Part shown: positions 12,894-26,227 of the stretch, piece after piece | Layout: each line of letters starts with the position of its first letter | How positions within the stretch are numbered: the first letter of the stretch is position 1 | Source: Mobula hypostoma | Taxonomy: Eukaryota | Reading direction: 5' to 3' | Length of the DNA: 64,000 nt | Assembly (NCBI RefSeq): GCF_963921235.1 | Contig: NC_086108.1 | Location: 50,346,001-50,410,000 of the forward strand | Notes under the pieces: generated by a model | The model's input: only the letters and a program-made list of their open reading frames with translations | What the model was told of the DNA's origin: nothing | The model's database searches: none | Position numbers and translations under genes: made by a program

Positions 12894-13095
12894 AGAGGTT
12901 ATCCGAGCTGTTACCAATGCTGTTTAGAGATTGTCTGCCTGGTGTCAGTGATCACATAACCAGGACTTGTGACATGCACCACCTGCTCATATGACTGTCC
13001 ACCTCTTACTCCCATGCTACAGATTGCCCAAGGGTGACCTGAGGGCTAGCAGAGGGAAGAAGTGTCTTCTACCTCCTTTGGTAGCAAAGTATCTC
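12894..13095. mobile_element. SINE-like repeat, right part
   Basis: Follows the CR1 tail directly; inferred continuation of 7440-7588. Confidence 0.45.
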
Positions 13096-15015
13096 TGTCA
13101 CAAGCCGCCTGCTGCCACTTGTCAACCTTGATGTTTGCCTGAGAGAGCCGCTGCTTAAGTTGGTCTTTGTATCTCTTACACGGGGCATCATGATCTCTCT
13201 TGCCCTGAGAGAGTTCTCCGTAAAGTACTGCTTTCGGTAACCTGGAGTTGTCCATGTGAGACACGTGGCTTGGCCAACAGAGCTGCCTGAGCAGCAAAGT
13301 GGCTTCAACGCTTGGAAGCTGAGCCTTCTCCAGGACTTGCTGTTGGAGACACAATCCTGCCAGCTGATTCCCATGAAGGAGTGGATTTGCTTGTGGTACA
13401 AGACCCAGGCTTCAAAGCCATATCGCAGTGATGTGGTGACAGCAGCTCTGTACACCTGGATTTTTGTGGACAGACGCAGCTGATGGTTCTTCCACACACG
13501 TTTCTGGGGGGTGGGGCTGAGGGCACTGCTAGCTCTGGCGGGTCTATTGTCAACATCCCTTACCACCATAGCATCGTTACAGATTATGCTGCCCAGATAG
13601 GTGAACTGCTCAACTGTGGTGAGAGGTTGGTCACTAATGGTGAACCAAAGTGGGTTGTAAATGCCATGAGGGGGCTTCTGATGGAGGATCATTGTTTTCT
13701 TTAGACTGACCATTAACCCGAGAGCCCAACAGCCTCGGTGAACTGAGTGACTGCAGCCTGTACAGTATCCTCTGTCTGCGTGAGAAGAGCACAGTTGTCT
13801 GCATATAGTGGCTCGAGAATGGGCTCTTGTGGGGTTTTTGTTCAGGATGAGAAGGCGGCGGAGGTTGAGGATATATAGGTCAGTGTGGAACTGAATGTAG
13901 ATACTCCCTGAGGTGGTCTCTTTCACTTCCTGTTGAAAAAGATGGCAAAGAACATTGGTACCAAAACACAACCTTGTCTGAAACCGGTATTGATGGGGAA
14001 TGGGTCAGGCAGGTTGCAGTTGTGTTTAACCTGACCACTTTGGCCTTCATGGAGCTGCTGCAGGATGGTGAGGAATTTAGGGGAACAGCCGAGCTTCGAT
14101 AGAATCCTCCAGAGACCATTGTGGCTGTCTGAAACCAAGGTCTTGGTCAGGTCAATGAATGTCACATCCAGTCCCATGTTCTGTTCAGGACACCTCTCCT
14201 CTGTCTGGTGTAGGACGAAGATCATGTCGGATGTGCCTCTGCTCACTCTGAATTCCCACTGACTCTCTGAGAGGTTGCCTTTAGCAGTTCTAGGGATAAT
14301 TCTGTCCAAGGGAATTCTGGTGAGGATCTTCCCAGTGGTGGACAGCAGGGTAATTTCTCTGTAGTTTGAGCAATCCGATTTTCCCCCCTTTGTTTTTGTA
14401 CAGGAAGACAATTACAATGTGAATTAAGTCATTTGGGACTGAACCTTTCTCCCAACAGAGTGTGAAAAGGTTTGTGAGTTTGCTCAGGAAAATGTCTCCA
14501 TCCATTTTGTACGCTTCTGCTGGGTACCCGTTAATGCCTGGGGCTCGATGGCATTTCAGCTTGGAAAAAGTGGCTTTGGCCTCATCCAGAGTTGGCAGGC
14601 CATCAGCTTAAGCCTAGTCTCATGCTGAGGGATCATTTCAATGAATGTTTCTCATACAATGATTATTCCCAAAAAGGCTCTCATAGTGTTCTGTCCATCA
14701 CTGCACGATGACTTCCTTGTCTGTCAGCAGGCTGGAGCCATTGGATGAGCATAGGTGAGCTTGAATCTGACGAATCAGGCCATATACCGTGTATAGCAAT
14801 TCATAGAAGTCTTTGGGTGTTGCCGATTTCTGCATAGTGCCGCATTTATTCTGCTAGGGCAGTCCACCAATCATTTTGCATCTTTCTCAGTTCGGCTTGG
14901 AGGGTGCTGTATACAGCTTTCTGTTCTGCCTTGGATGCTTGGTCGTCGGGTCTGGACGGTACCATTGATGGGCGGTGTGTTTCTTCTGGAGCAGGTTCCA
15001 AATCTCAATGTCATT
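13096..15015 (-). mobile_element. RTE-clade LINE RT region, degenerate
   Basis: KSDCSNYREITLLSTTGKIL, ESQWEFRVSRGTSDMIF, GFRQGCVL, VEQFTYLGS, RLPKAVLYGEL. Confidence 0.9.
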
Positions 15016-15275
15016 GTAGGTACATAGTAACTATAGAATTATACTGTTATTATCTTTGATCTTTAGCATTTAAAAATGTCATGTAATATTGAATCAAGAG
15101 GCCTCTTCCTCCAAGTATGCCTCAATATGATTCCTGCTGCTTGTTTTTGTTGAATAAAATACTTCTATACCCACTAACTTCGGTGTCTCTCTGGTGACTT
15201 TGTCCATGTTACAACATTTGGGGGCTCTTCAGGGATACGTTGATGACCCATTGTGCCACCCGCCTTCTCACTCAG

Positions 15276-15510
15276 TGTGGTAAACCATATGTATATATGT
15301 TGTAACTGGGTTACCTGTCTGGACATGCCCCTCTGCTGACTGCCCCTGTGGCTCTTCCCACAGACCCCTGAATAAAGGTGATTTCGCCCTGCTCCTCCTC
15401 CTCAGTCCAGGGGCAGACACTCAGCATGCCGGAAGTCATATCTTACTGCGAATAAAAGCCTTTCAGTATTTACCCTACTTCAGTCTTTTGGAGTAATTGA
15501 AGGTGCATCA
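15276..15510 (+). mobile_element. Solo LTR related to the Gypsy provirus at 29599-34039
   Basis: tgtggtaaacc...ttggagtaattgaaggtgcatca; clearly similar to both proviral LTRs; flanks ctcag / ccagt. Confidence 0.88.
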
Positions 15511-16149
15511 CCAGTCTAGGTGGGTGAGTATTTTAAAAATAGCATTCACAATTGTTTCTGTTTTGGTCGGTAACCACTGAATCACTAAGATTCACAAACA
15601 CGCAGAGAGCTGAACTAGTGGATATGAAAGTAGTGTGGTGTGTGTGCATGCACGTGCATTTACATGGGAGACTAGATATTTTTGTGGTAATTTGTTGAGA
15701 CAGGGCCACTAGTTGCAAAGAGTGGTTACTGAGCATTCGGCGCCACCAGTGGAGTGTATGTATACTCATTTGGAGAATTGTATAGTAGCAGATGCATTTA
15801 CGATTTTGTTTGTGCATTTTAATAGTAAGTCTGTAGCCTCTGTGTAACAGTTTTAAATGCAAAGGAATACAACAGGCATTATGAGTTCAGCCACACTTAA
15901 ATGGCAGATTGCAGAGTACATACTCTGTGGTTTTAAGTGTATACTGTTTAATTTTTATCCATCATTTATATTTTGTGTAGTGTGGGAATTAGTGTGGAGA
16001 TATTTGAGAGAGAGCTTATACCTAGGTATATCTGTCAGGATGGCACTGATTGAGGTGAAGCAATGTCAGGTCAGGAACTCTGAGGATCGAGCCAGCCCTG
16101 GACTTTGATTATGATCATCCTTAAGTCCCTCGCCCCCCCCCCCCCCGGG

Positions 16150-17120
16150 AGAAGCAGATCACTTTCTCAGAGTTACCCTCACTTAAGATCACCTGCAGGA
16201 ATGCAGAACTCTGGCACAAGCTCGAGGAAATGATTAAGATTCATCAGGTGCACCCCAAAGGTTTACATGTGTTGGTAAAAGCACAATGTCCGAGGAATAT
16301 GTGGGACAGTATGGGCTAGGGAGTGCAGGATAGTACATGGGCAACTACTGAGAACTCCAGCAATGAAGGGGGAAGTGAGGCAGTGACTGGGGGGAGGTGA
16401 GAGTAAATGGGGAATGAGGAGTATTAGGGTTGGATAATCCAGGGAGGGATGATCCAATCTTCCTGAAAATGCCGAAGGAAGACCTGAGCTCAACCCACCA
16501 GAAAACTTTCAATTCGGGGATAGCAGTGAGATCATGGGCTGGTGAGACAGATTAGAGGAGGTGGAAGCCTCTGTAGTGAATGTACGGTAGCTGCTGTAAC
16601 GTTCCAGAGAACTTGCATTGTGTGCCAGCAGCTGGGACACGTAGCAGGGAACTGCTGGAATAGATGTGAGAGGGTAAAGGAGGTGATTTGTTTCAGCTGT
16701 GGCTTCTTGGGCCATGGTCGGAGGCAGTGTCCTGAAAAGAGAGATGAGTGTGAAGATCACTCAGCACAGCAGCAGAATCCAAAGCAGCACCTTCTGTTTC
16801 GGATTTGACTGCTGACCAGATTATAGAGCTGGTGAGGTTGGACAAACGGACGACGGCCACCTCTATTGCCAGTGGTGGTACGCGAGAGGTTTATTGGGGG
16901 CCAGCAATGTGAAATGTTAGTGGACACAGGGTCATCAGTATCGATAACTAATCTACTGTTGCCCACGACTGGAGAGGTGATTTACATTACCAGTGCAGGA
17001 GGTGAAACAGTGAGAGCAGAGAGAAGTCAGCCCCAGGTACTTGATATTGTGGGACTGCAGCTTCTTGTAGATTTCTTGGTGTGCCCAAACAATGAAGGTA
17101 CTATCAGGAAAAGGAGAAAA
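16150..17120 (+). mobile_element. Decayed LTR-retroelement gag (two CCHC knuckles) and aspartic protease
   Basis: CIVCQQLGHVAGNC, CFSCGFLGHGRRQC, MLVDTGSSVSI; stops and frameshifts; no RT or LTRs seen. Confidence 0.8.
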
Positions 17121-17509
17121 ACATGGACAAGACAGGGACAATGAACATGTGTGACCCACAAAGCAGCTAACATAGCCCACAGAGTCAGTAGCTCCAAGCA
17201 GGGAGGAGAGACAGGATGATGTGTGGGTATCATGTCAGAAGCTCCCAAGGAAAGGGACAAACACAGTCAGGAGCTATTAGAAGCAGTGCAGCTGTCTAAA
17301 GAGGTAGCAATATGTTACCCTGGTTACAGTGGTCCTTCAAATCTCTATATAATCTTACTAAATTGGCAGTTGTAGTTTCTTCCTGTACACTTGTAATTTC
17401 TGTTGCTTCCTGTCCTTCCGCTGCCCTCCTCGCACTGATGTCTGTCCACTTGCTCCCTTTCTGGTCCTTTCTATCCCGTTTCTGATGAGCCTTTACTTCA
17501 ATCACTGCT

Positions 17510-17590
17510 ACTATGTTGTTTGTATATGACAAACAACACTGGACCCAGTACAGATCCCTGAGGCACACCACTAGTCACCGGCCTCCCTAA
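17510..17590 (-). mobile_element. Short CR1 RT fragment
   Basis: [21 protein letters not shown]. Confidence 0.8.
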
Positions 17591-18284
17591 CCCCCTCCTG
17601 TACTTCAATGAGAGGGCCTGCGAACCTAGCACATTTACCTTGCTGGTGCTCCTGACCAGAGAGCAGCTACTGATAGCCACTGTATAGTTTTAGCTATCAG
17701 AGAAAGAAGGGTGAAGATAAAGAATGTGATTAAACTGCAATAAACCAGCAGGGAAGGAAGCAACAGGTGTATGAATGACGAAACTACATTTTAAAGACTG
17801 TAGATCAAATTTCTAATCAGAGAGAATAATCTCTGCTTAGAGTCTTGTAGCCATTAGGGGTGGTAGCATAGATGATGCACATAGGGATATGACAGGTAAT
17901 TGGGGCAGGGATTGTGAAGTACAGGGCATATTTGCTGCCTTGTTTCATTCAATCCTCCCTAAAGTTTGGCCTTTTTTGGACAAATTTGCTTTTGTCCAGG
18001 ACGGCCAGGAGGAGGGACTGCAACCAAGACCCCAGCAATTATTTCCCCGGCTTCTCACAATGACCTGGTATATACTTAGTCATGCCCCATGGAATTATTC
18101 ACCTTTATGCACTTTAATCCATCAGCACTTCCTATTTTGGCATGCAAACATATTCCAAGATATAACTGCTCTCTTCCCTGAAATCCTTAGCATCTGTGAG
18201 CTTATCCTTGAAAAATGTAGATGAGTAATATTCATCCAAGATCTTGCCCCTCTTCCATAGCTCCACACAGGGATGATCATATGG

Positions 18285-18778
18285 AACATTAAGGATAATA
18301 GATCAGCCATGATGAAATGGTGGAGCAGACTCAATGGGCTGAGTGGCCTAATTCTGCTCCTATGTCTTATGGTCTTATCATCTCTCCCTAGTTACCCTTC
18401 TGCTTTTAATATTCTTCTAAAATCTCTTTGGATTCGCCTTTCCATATTTGTAAAGATACTCCTGTCAAAGCTATCTCATTTCTTCTTTTTACCCTCCTGG
18501 TTTCCCTCTTAATTGGACCCATTATAGACTCCAGGGAATCTGCTTGATCCCAGTTGCCTATACTGATGTTGTATTCCTTTTGCCTATTCCTTTTCCTGAC
18601 CAAAGCCTCAAAATTTATTGTGAACCAGAGTTCCTTAATCCTGCCAGCCTTTCCACTCACTCTGAAAAGAACATACTGGCCCTGAACTCTTCCTCCCTCA
18701 TTTTTAAATGCCTCCCATTTGCCAGACATCCCTTTACCTGCAATGATCTCTTCCCATCAACCTGTGTAAGTTCCTGCC
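18285..18778. mobile_element. CR1 3' tail (+, ~18285-18377) abutting an old CR1 fragment (-, ~18400-18778)
   Basis: gatcagccatgat...tcttatggtctta tail; KWEAFKNE...VQGQYV on the minus strand. Confidence 0.65.
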
Positions 18779-19341
18779 TGTCTCAGTGTGCACTGGCAAT
18801 AACTGAACGCAGGTGTGGAGGAATGTCAGGCTCTCATGTGGAGAAGGAAACAAGAGTTTATTCATAGGAATTCCAACAGAACCCCAGCGGTGTGATCGAG
18901 TAACACTGTGAGACGAATCATTCTCAAACCAAGGACCCCAATAGAAATGCTAACTAGAAGTCTGCTGTAAATAATCACAGAACACAGAAAAACCCTGCCA
19001 GTCAAAGTAAACTTAAGCACAAGGGCTTATGACTCTGTTAAGACAGCGATCAACTAATACAGATGCCCTTGAAACCTCAGAACCCAAAGTTCTACGGCTC
19101 GACGCAAAGACCTGTAGGGCTCGTAACAGTACTTCTCTCCCAAAGGCAGCCCAGGAGGACCTGATGCTCTCGAGACAGAGCTGGTGACCTCGGAAACATT
19201 GCATAAAACTCAGAAACAAGGTAAACCATGGGAGATCTAGTGAATCTTGTCAACAAGAGACCCAGAGCCAGAATGGAGACTCCAAAACCATGGAGCCCAA
19301 TGGTCTACAGCTTGGTGCAAAGGCCTGCAGGGCTCGTGGCG
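18779..19341. mobile_element. Possible old solo LTR inside a CR1
   Basis: Starts TGTC; minus-strand AATAAA near 18857; internal subrepeats (aaggcctgcagggctcgt-like); 3' terminus and TSD degenerate. Confidence 0.35.
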
Positions 19342-19474
19342 TTGTCTAATTAGTCCTGCTTTAATTTATGACTTCACCATGTGGATCAGTTCAATCTTCC
19401 TACAACTACTTTAAAACTAATAGAATTGTGATCAGTGTTCCCAAAGTGCTCTTCTACTTATACCTCAGTCATCA

Positions 19475-21823
19475 GGGGCAGTGTTGGATCTCCTGTTAGG
19501 GAATGAGATAGGGCAGGTGACGGAGGTATGTGTTGAGGAGCAATTCGGGTCCAGTGATCACAATACCACTAGTTTCAATATAATTATGGAGGATAGGACT
19601 GGACCCAGGGTTGAGATTTTTGATTGGAGGAAGGCTAACTTTGAGGAGATGCGAAAGGATTTAGAAGGAGTGGATTGGGACAATTTGTTTTATAGGAAGG
19701 ATATAATAAAGAAATGGAAGTCAGTTAAAGATGAAATTTCGAGGGTACAGGATCTTTATGTTCCTGTTAGTTTGAAAGGAAAGGTTAAAAGTTTGAGAGA
19801 GCTATGGTTTTCAAGGGATATTGGAAACTTGGTTCGGAAAAAGAGAGGGATCTACAATAAATATAGGCAGCTTGGAGTAAATGAGGTGCTCAAGGAATAT
19901 AAAGAATGTAAAAAGAATCTTAAGAAAGAAATTAGAAAAGCTAAAAGAAGATATGAGGCTGCTTTGGCAAGTAAGGTGAAAATAAATCCAAAGGGTTTCT
20001 ACAGTTATATTAATAGCAAAAGGATAGTGAGGGATAAAATTGGTCTCTTAGAGAATCAGAGTGGATGGCTATGTGCAGAGCCAAAAGAGATGGGGGAGAT
20101 TTTGAACGATTTCTTTTCTTCGGTATTCACTAAGTAGAAGGATATTGAATTGTGTAAGGTAAGGGAAACAAGAAGGGTAGTTATGGAAAGTATGATGATT
20201 AAAGAAGAGGAAGTACTGGCGCTTTTAAGGAATATAAAAGTGGATAAGTCTCTGGGTCCGGACAGGATGTTCCCTAGGACCTTGAGGAAAGTTAGTGTGC
20301 AAATAGCAGGGACTCTGACAGAAATATTTCAAATGTCATTAGAAATGGGGATGGTGCCAGAGGATTGGCATATTTCTCATGTTGTTCCATTGTTTAAAAA
20401 GGGTTCTAAAAGTAAACCTAGCAATTACAGGCCTGTGAGTTTGACGTCAGTGCTGGGTAAATTGAGGGAAAGTATTCTTAGAGATGGTATATATAATTAT
20501 CTGGATAGACAGGGTCTGATTAGGAACAGTCAACATAGATTTGTGCGTGGAAAGTCATGTTTGACAAATCTTATTGAATTTTTTGATGAGGTTACTAGAA
20601 AAGTTCACAAGGGTAAAGCAGTGGATGTTGTCTATATGGACTTCAGTAAGGCCTTTGACAAGGTTCCACATGGAAGGTTAGTTAGGAAGTTTCAATTGTT
20701 AAGTATTAATATTGAAGTAGTAAAATGGATTCAGCAGTGACTGAATGGGAGACGCCAGAGAGTAGTGGTGGATAACTGTTTGTCAGATTGGAAGACGGTG
20801 TCTAGTGGTGTGCCTCAGGGATCTGTACTGGGTCCAACGTTGTTTGTCATATATATTAATGATCTGGGTGATGGGGTGGTAAATTGGATTAGTAAGTATG
20901 CTGATGATACTAAGATAGGTGGAGTTGTGGATAATAAAGTAGGTTTTCAAATCTTGCAGAGAGATTTAGACCACTTAGAAGAGTGGGCTGAAAGATGGCA
21001 GATGGAGTTTAATGCTAATAAATGTGAGGTGCTACATTTTGGTAGGACTAATCAAAATAGGACATACATGGTAAATGGTAGGGCATTGAAGAATGCAGTA
21101 GAACAGAGGGATCTGGGAATAATGGTGCATAGTTCCCTGAAGGTAGAATCTCATGTGGATAGGGTGGTGAAGAAAGCTTTTGGTATGCTGGCCTTTATTA
21201 ATCAGAGCATTGAGTATAGGAATTGGGATGTAATGTTGAAATTGTATAAGGCATTGGTAAGGCCAAATTTGGAGTATCGTGTACAGTTCTGGTCACTGAA
21301 TTATAGGAAAGATGTCAACAAAATTGAGAGAGTAAAGAGGAGATTTACTAGAATGTTGCCTGGGTTTCATCTCCTAAGTTACAGAGAAAGGTTGAACAAG
21401 TTGGGTCTTTATTCTTTGGAGCGTAGAAGGTTGAGGGGGGACTTGATAGAGTTATTTAAAACTATGAGGGGGATAGATAGAGTTGACGTGGATAGGCTTT
21501 TTCCATTGAGAGTGGGGGAGATTCAAACAGGAGGACATGGGTTGAGAGTTAAAGGGCAAAAGTTTAAGGCTAACATGAGGGGGAACTTCTTTACTCAGAG
21601 ACTGATAGCTGTGCAGAACGAGCTTCCAGCAGAAGTGGTTGAGGCAGATGTGATGTTGTCACTTAAAGTCAAATTGGATAGATATATGGACAGGAAAGGA
21701 ATGGAAGGTTATGGGCTGAGTGCAGCTCGGTGGGACTAGGTGGGAGTAAGAGTTCGGCACGGACTAGAAGGGCCGAGATGGCCTGTTTCCGTGCTGTAAT
21801 TGTTATATAGTTATATGGTTATA
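19475..21823 (+). mobile_element. CR1 ORF2 (late endonuclease, RT, C-terminus), 5'-truncated, two in-frame stops
   Basis: [37 protein letters not shown]; (ttatatgg)n tail. Confidence 0.95.
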
Positions 21824-23561
21824 TCAGCCCTGCTTTGTATCCCAACATGAGGCCCTTTGCTATCCACTCTCTGATGAGGCCACCTATATCTTCAGAAAAC
21901 TTTCCTGGACATATTAACCAAACTTGGCCCCACTTTAACCCCTTGGCATTATGACAGTCCCAGTCAATATTGGGTGTTAAAATCATCTTTTATTACAGCC
22001 TTATTTTTTTCCATAGCTTTCTGTGATCTCTGTACATATTTACCCCTTTAATTCCCACTGACCACTGCAGAAGCCTATAGGGCAAACCCATCAAAGTGAG
22101 TTGCACCAGATAGCTTCACTGAATGATGCTCCAGAAAGATCCTCTCTCTTAGCACTGTCATGATGTGCTCTATAGTCAAAAAAAAAACACCCATTCACTC
22201 TTATCCCCACCTGTCCTGTCTGTAGTATCTGTACCTTGGAGCACGGAGCTGCCAGCCCTGCCTATCCCTGAATTCTGTTACGGTAACAGTCATAACATCT
22301 CAGTCCTATGTATTTAACCATGCTCAGAGTTCAGGCTTCTTGCATTAGAAGTTGGTCTGTCTGCATATTGAATGAACACAATTTTAACTCCTCAGTATAA
22401 AGAGAACCAGGTTTAATAATTAAAAGTGCCATATGTCCACTAGTATCAGTGAGAGAGAATGAATGTAAAGTTCCAAAACCTCAGATGTGAAACAGGGTGA
22501 TGCTGGTTGAGGAGAGAAACACCCATTAACACAGGAACTATGAATTTCCGGTGGCAGCTCACACCGTTCAGCACAGTTGAAAATCATCACACTAGGCAGT
22601 TGGGCCTTATAGACACATGCAAGTAGGCAGGCTGCCATACACCTTCAGTGTGGCTTCAGTGGAGCTCAGAAACTCAAGGTTAAGGGCAGGGAGATGGAGT
22701 ATGATCCCAGATTTAGTGAAAGGGTGTGTTAGTGTCCTAAATATACAGCAGGTGTGAAGCTGAAGAAAACTTGCAGGGTCATTGTCAGAAGGGGCTGGGA
22801 GGAACTGGTTGGAGCACTGCACGAACTGTGAAGAAATTCGAACAGGAATTTCATGAGCTCACTTAACATAGTGAATCATGCACAAATGTAAATAATTCCA
22901 CACTGTCACTTGCACAGATACTGGCTGGTCTTCTGCACAGGAGGGCAGCATACGCATGTGGAACACTTCACTAGAATGGAGGAGACTACACCATTACCAA
23001 TAAGAAGTCACAGAGTTTCAGCCCTCTTCCAGCACAAATGCTGAAAAAAACACAAGGTTGCTGGCATGCTCACCATTGAGGTTTCCTTGTGATTAGAATA
23101 TCTTCTGCGCTTTGATCAACAGCAGACATCTTCATACTGTGTTTATTGTTATGGTCCCATAAACATACATAGGCTGCAGCTTTTAGAAGGTATTGTATTC
23201 TGTTTTGTAGGGAATGAGGAAAGATCTATTCCCCCCCCCCCCCCCGGAACAGCACATCATGGAAAAGGGGAGTGGGAGGGGCAACAGAGGGAAATGCCCC
23301 TTATCCAAGATGTCTGTTTTGATTATTATTGAAAGCAATGGGATTATGTCAGACAACATCAGTGAGAAATGATGACATGCACAGCAAAGCGTAACACCAC
23401 ATTGATTCAGTTCCTGAGTTGTGAGTTGACGGGAAAATGGTACTTCCTGAGACTTCATTAATTTTGCCCCTCTGAGCTCCTAGAAACACGGGTTGAGTGA
23501 TAAATTAACACATTACCCCTCAGTGTATCTCCCTTCCAACTCTGCAAGCCCCCATAGATGA

Positions 23562-23640
23562 GGTGTTCTATCCTGGGGTCCACGGACACCTTGCTTAATG
23601 GTATTGGTCCGTGGCATAAAAGAGGTTGGAAACTCCTCCC
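23562..23640. mobile_element. hAT/Charlie-type MITE, degenerate
   Basis: Similar to 52064-52132 (ttaatggta..ggtcc.tggcat.aaa...gttgg.aa). Confidence 0.55.
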
Positions 23641-23669
23641 ATAGACCCTCATCAGTTTTATGGATGTCA

Positions 23670-24640
23670 TAGAAAACATACCATCCAGATGCATCACAGC
23701 TTAATATGGTAACTTCTCTACCCAAGACCACAAGGAATTTCAGAGTTACCGACTCAGTGAAAAATGTAGGCGAAACTATTGTAGTCGAATACAAGTCTCT
23801 GGTGAGACCACACTTAAGAGTATTGTGTTCAGTTCTGGTCACCTCATTATAGGAAGGATGTGGAAGCTATGGAGAGGGTGCAGAGGAGATTTACCAGGAT
23901 GTTGCCTGGATTGGAAAACAAGTCTTATGAGGTAAGGTTAGCAGAGCTGGGACTTTTCTCTTTGGAACGTAGAAAGATGAGAGGGGACTTGATAGAGGTC
24001 TACAAGATTATGAGAGGCATAGATAGGGTGGATAGCCAGTACCTGTTTCCCAGGGCACGAATAGCAAACACCAGAGGGCATATGTACAAAGTTAAGGGAG
24101 GGAAGTTTAGGGGAGACATCAGGGGTAAGTTTTTTTCCCCCCACAGAGGGTCATGGGTGCCTGGAATGACTTGCCAGGGATGGTGGTGGAGGCTAAACCA
24201 TTAGGGGTATTTAAGAGCCTCTTGGACAGGCACATGGATGAAAGAAAAATAGAGGGTTACAGGGTAGTGTGGGTTTAGTACTTCTAAGGAATATATGGGT
24301 CAGCACAATATTGAGGGCCAAAGGGCCTGTACTATGCTGTAGTATTCTAGTGTCTAGTGTCTTCTTTGTGACCCAACCCCACCCCTACCGTATAGTCTCT
24401 GTCTACACTTCTCACTGCCTTGGTAAAGCAGATAACATAAGCAAAGACACTCCACCCCCAACCCCCACCCCTGCCTACCCTTCCCCCCCAACCCTGGGCA
24501 TTCTCTTATCTACACCCTCTCCATTGGGCAGAAGATCCAAAAGCCTGAATTCACGCACCACTATGCTTAAGGACAGCTTCTAGCCCACCTCTGTTGAATG
24601 GACCTCTTTACATTGAGACGGACACTTGATCTCACAGCCC
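23670..24640 (+). mobile_element. Old Rex1/Babar-like LINE 3' end split by a CR1
   Basis: Left piece catagaaaacat...tgcatcacagct; right piece SPLGRRSKSLNSRTTMLKDSF. Confidence 0.55.
23778..24362 (+). mobile_element. CR1 3' end
   Basis: ERVQRRFTRMLPGL...TRGH; (tctagtg)n tail. Confidence 0.92.
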
Positions 24641-24689
24641 TACTGATAGAAGTTGGGATGGTGGGAAGGAGAATGACTTGAAAACAATC

Positions 24690-24973
24690 ATTTTAAAACA
24701 AGTTAAGAGAGAACTTGTTGAGGAAAAGTTCATGAAAAAATCATGAAAAGGCAACGTAACTTCATTGGACATGTGATTAGGAAAGAGGAGTTAGATGCAC
24801 GGTAATTATGGGAAAGATTGAAGGGAAGAAAGCAGGAGGAAGACAAAGATGATAGAGACAGCAGCCAGAGAATTGGAAATGAATACCAATGAATTGATTC
24901 ATTTGACCCGAAACAGGAGTGTGTGGGCTATGGCAGTCAAAGCTCAAACTGGGCACAGCACCTGATGATGATG
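24690..24973 (+). mobile_element. RTE-like LINE 3' end
   Basis: KRQRNFIGHVIRKE..., IMGKIEGKK..GRQR; (tga)n tail. Confidence 0.7.
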
Positions 24974-26191
24974 AGAGAGGGAGAACAGGCCAGATAAAAC
25001 ATCCAGATCTAGATGTTTGGATCCTGGTTGGATGAAATGCTATTTTCGTTTCTGCAACATAAATTTGTTCCTGTGCTTTATCGGTTGACTTCATAAGGTA
25101 TGGTGCACATTGTGTGTTGGTAAAGATATTAATCTTTCATTGATCATAAACTGAAAACTCATAGAGCCCTATGTAGATTGTAGAGCTGATTTATTTTTAT
25201 GTTTGCAATGTGAACAGTTTTCATACCTCCCTAAATATAAAAACAAAATGTGGGCAGTATTATAAGTCACAGTGATAAATAATGGCAAGTTCTTTAGGAA
25301 TATAACAAAAATAATATCCCAAAACTTTTTATCTGTCATTGAGGCTACAAAATATACTTAAAGAGTATTATGACTGGATTTGGAAGATCTTAGGGGAAAA
25401 TATAAAAAAGTCCACGAAGGTGGTACTATTGTCATTGTATGACCAAGTAAGTGAATATATATGTTCATCTGGGATTTTACTTAGCTTTTTGGAAACAGAA
25501 TCAGTGTTGCAAGGAATGGGGCGAACACAAACGCAGGACATTGGCCTGGAGATTGGGTTAGGATGCAGACAAAGGCGTGAGCGTGGCTGGAGCTGAACAG
25601 CAAACAGAAGGGTGAACAGGAAAGCAGGAGGCAGGTAGAACTTATCTTGACACAGGGCGTTGCTGGCTCTGAACGGCAAACAGGAGACAGGCGGCAGGCA
25701 AGAATTACCTTGACAAGCAGCGTAGAAAGGCAAGCGGCAGACAATACTCTTCTTAACATGGAGAGATGGAGTTACACAGGTAAATCTCGGTACTGAAGTA
25801 AAACTTAGAATACTTATCTTGACACAGAGAGACAGAGTTACATAGGGTAAACATCAGTACGGAAGGAAAACTTAGAATACACAATCCTAAGTGGCCAGGA
25901 ACGTTAATTACCACACTGGCTAAAACAACGATCTGGCAATGAGTGGATGCAAAGCCAGGGTTTTTATGCTGCAGGTCTTGATGAGGACCAGGTGTGCCGC
26001 CATCAAAGGGGATTAGGAGAAAATGGGGAATTAACGGTCAGGACCGTGACACAATCAAAGGGAGTTAGGAGAAAATGGGGAATTAATAGTCGGGAACATG
26101 AGGAAATCTGCAGATGCTGGAATTTCAAGCAACGCACATAAAAATTGCTGATGAACGCAGCAGGCCAGGCAGCATTTCTAGGAAGAGGTAC

Positions 26192-26227
26192 AGTCGACGT
26201 TTCGGGCCGAGATCCTTCGTCAGGACT
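26192..26227 (-). ncRNA. Minimal type I hammerhead ribozyme motif
   Basis: AGTC-CTGACGA-A-GGATCTCGGCCC-GAAA-CGTC-GACT. Confidence 0.8.

Noticed and set aside
22400..23460. Unique-looking sequence as exons of a second gene
   Set aside because: No sustained ORF or recognisable protein motif in any frame; cannot be excluded without RNA data.
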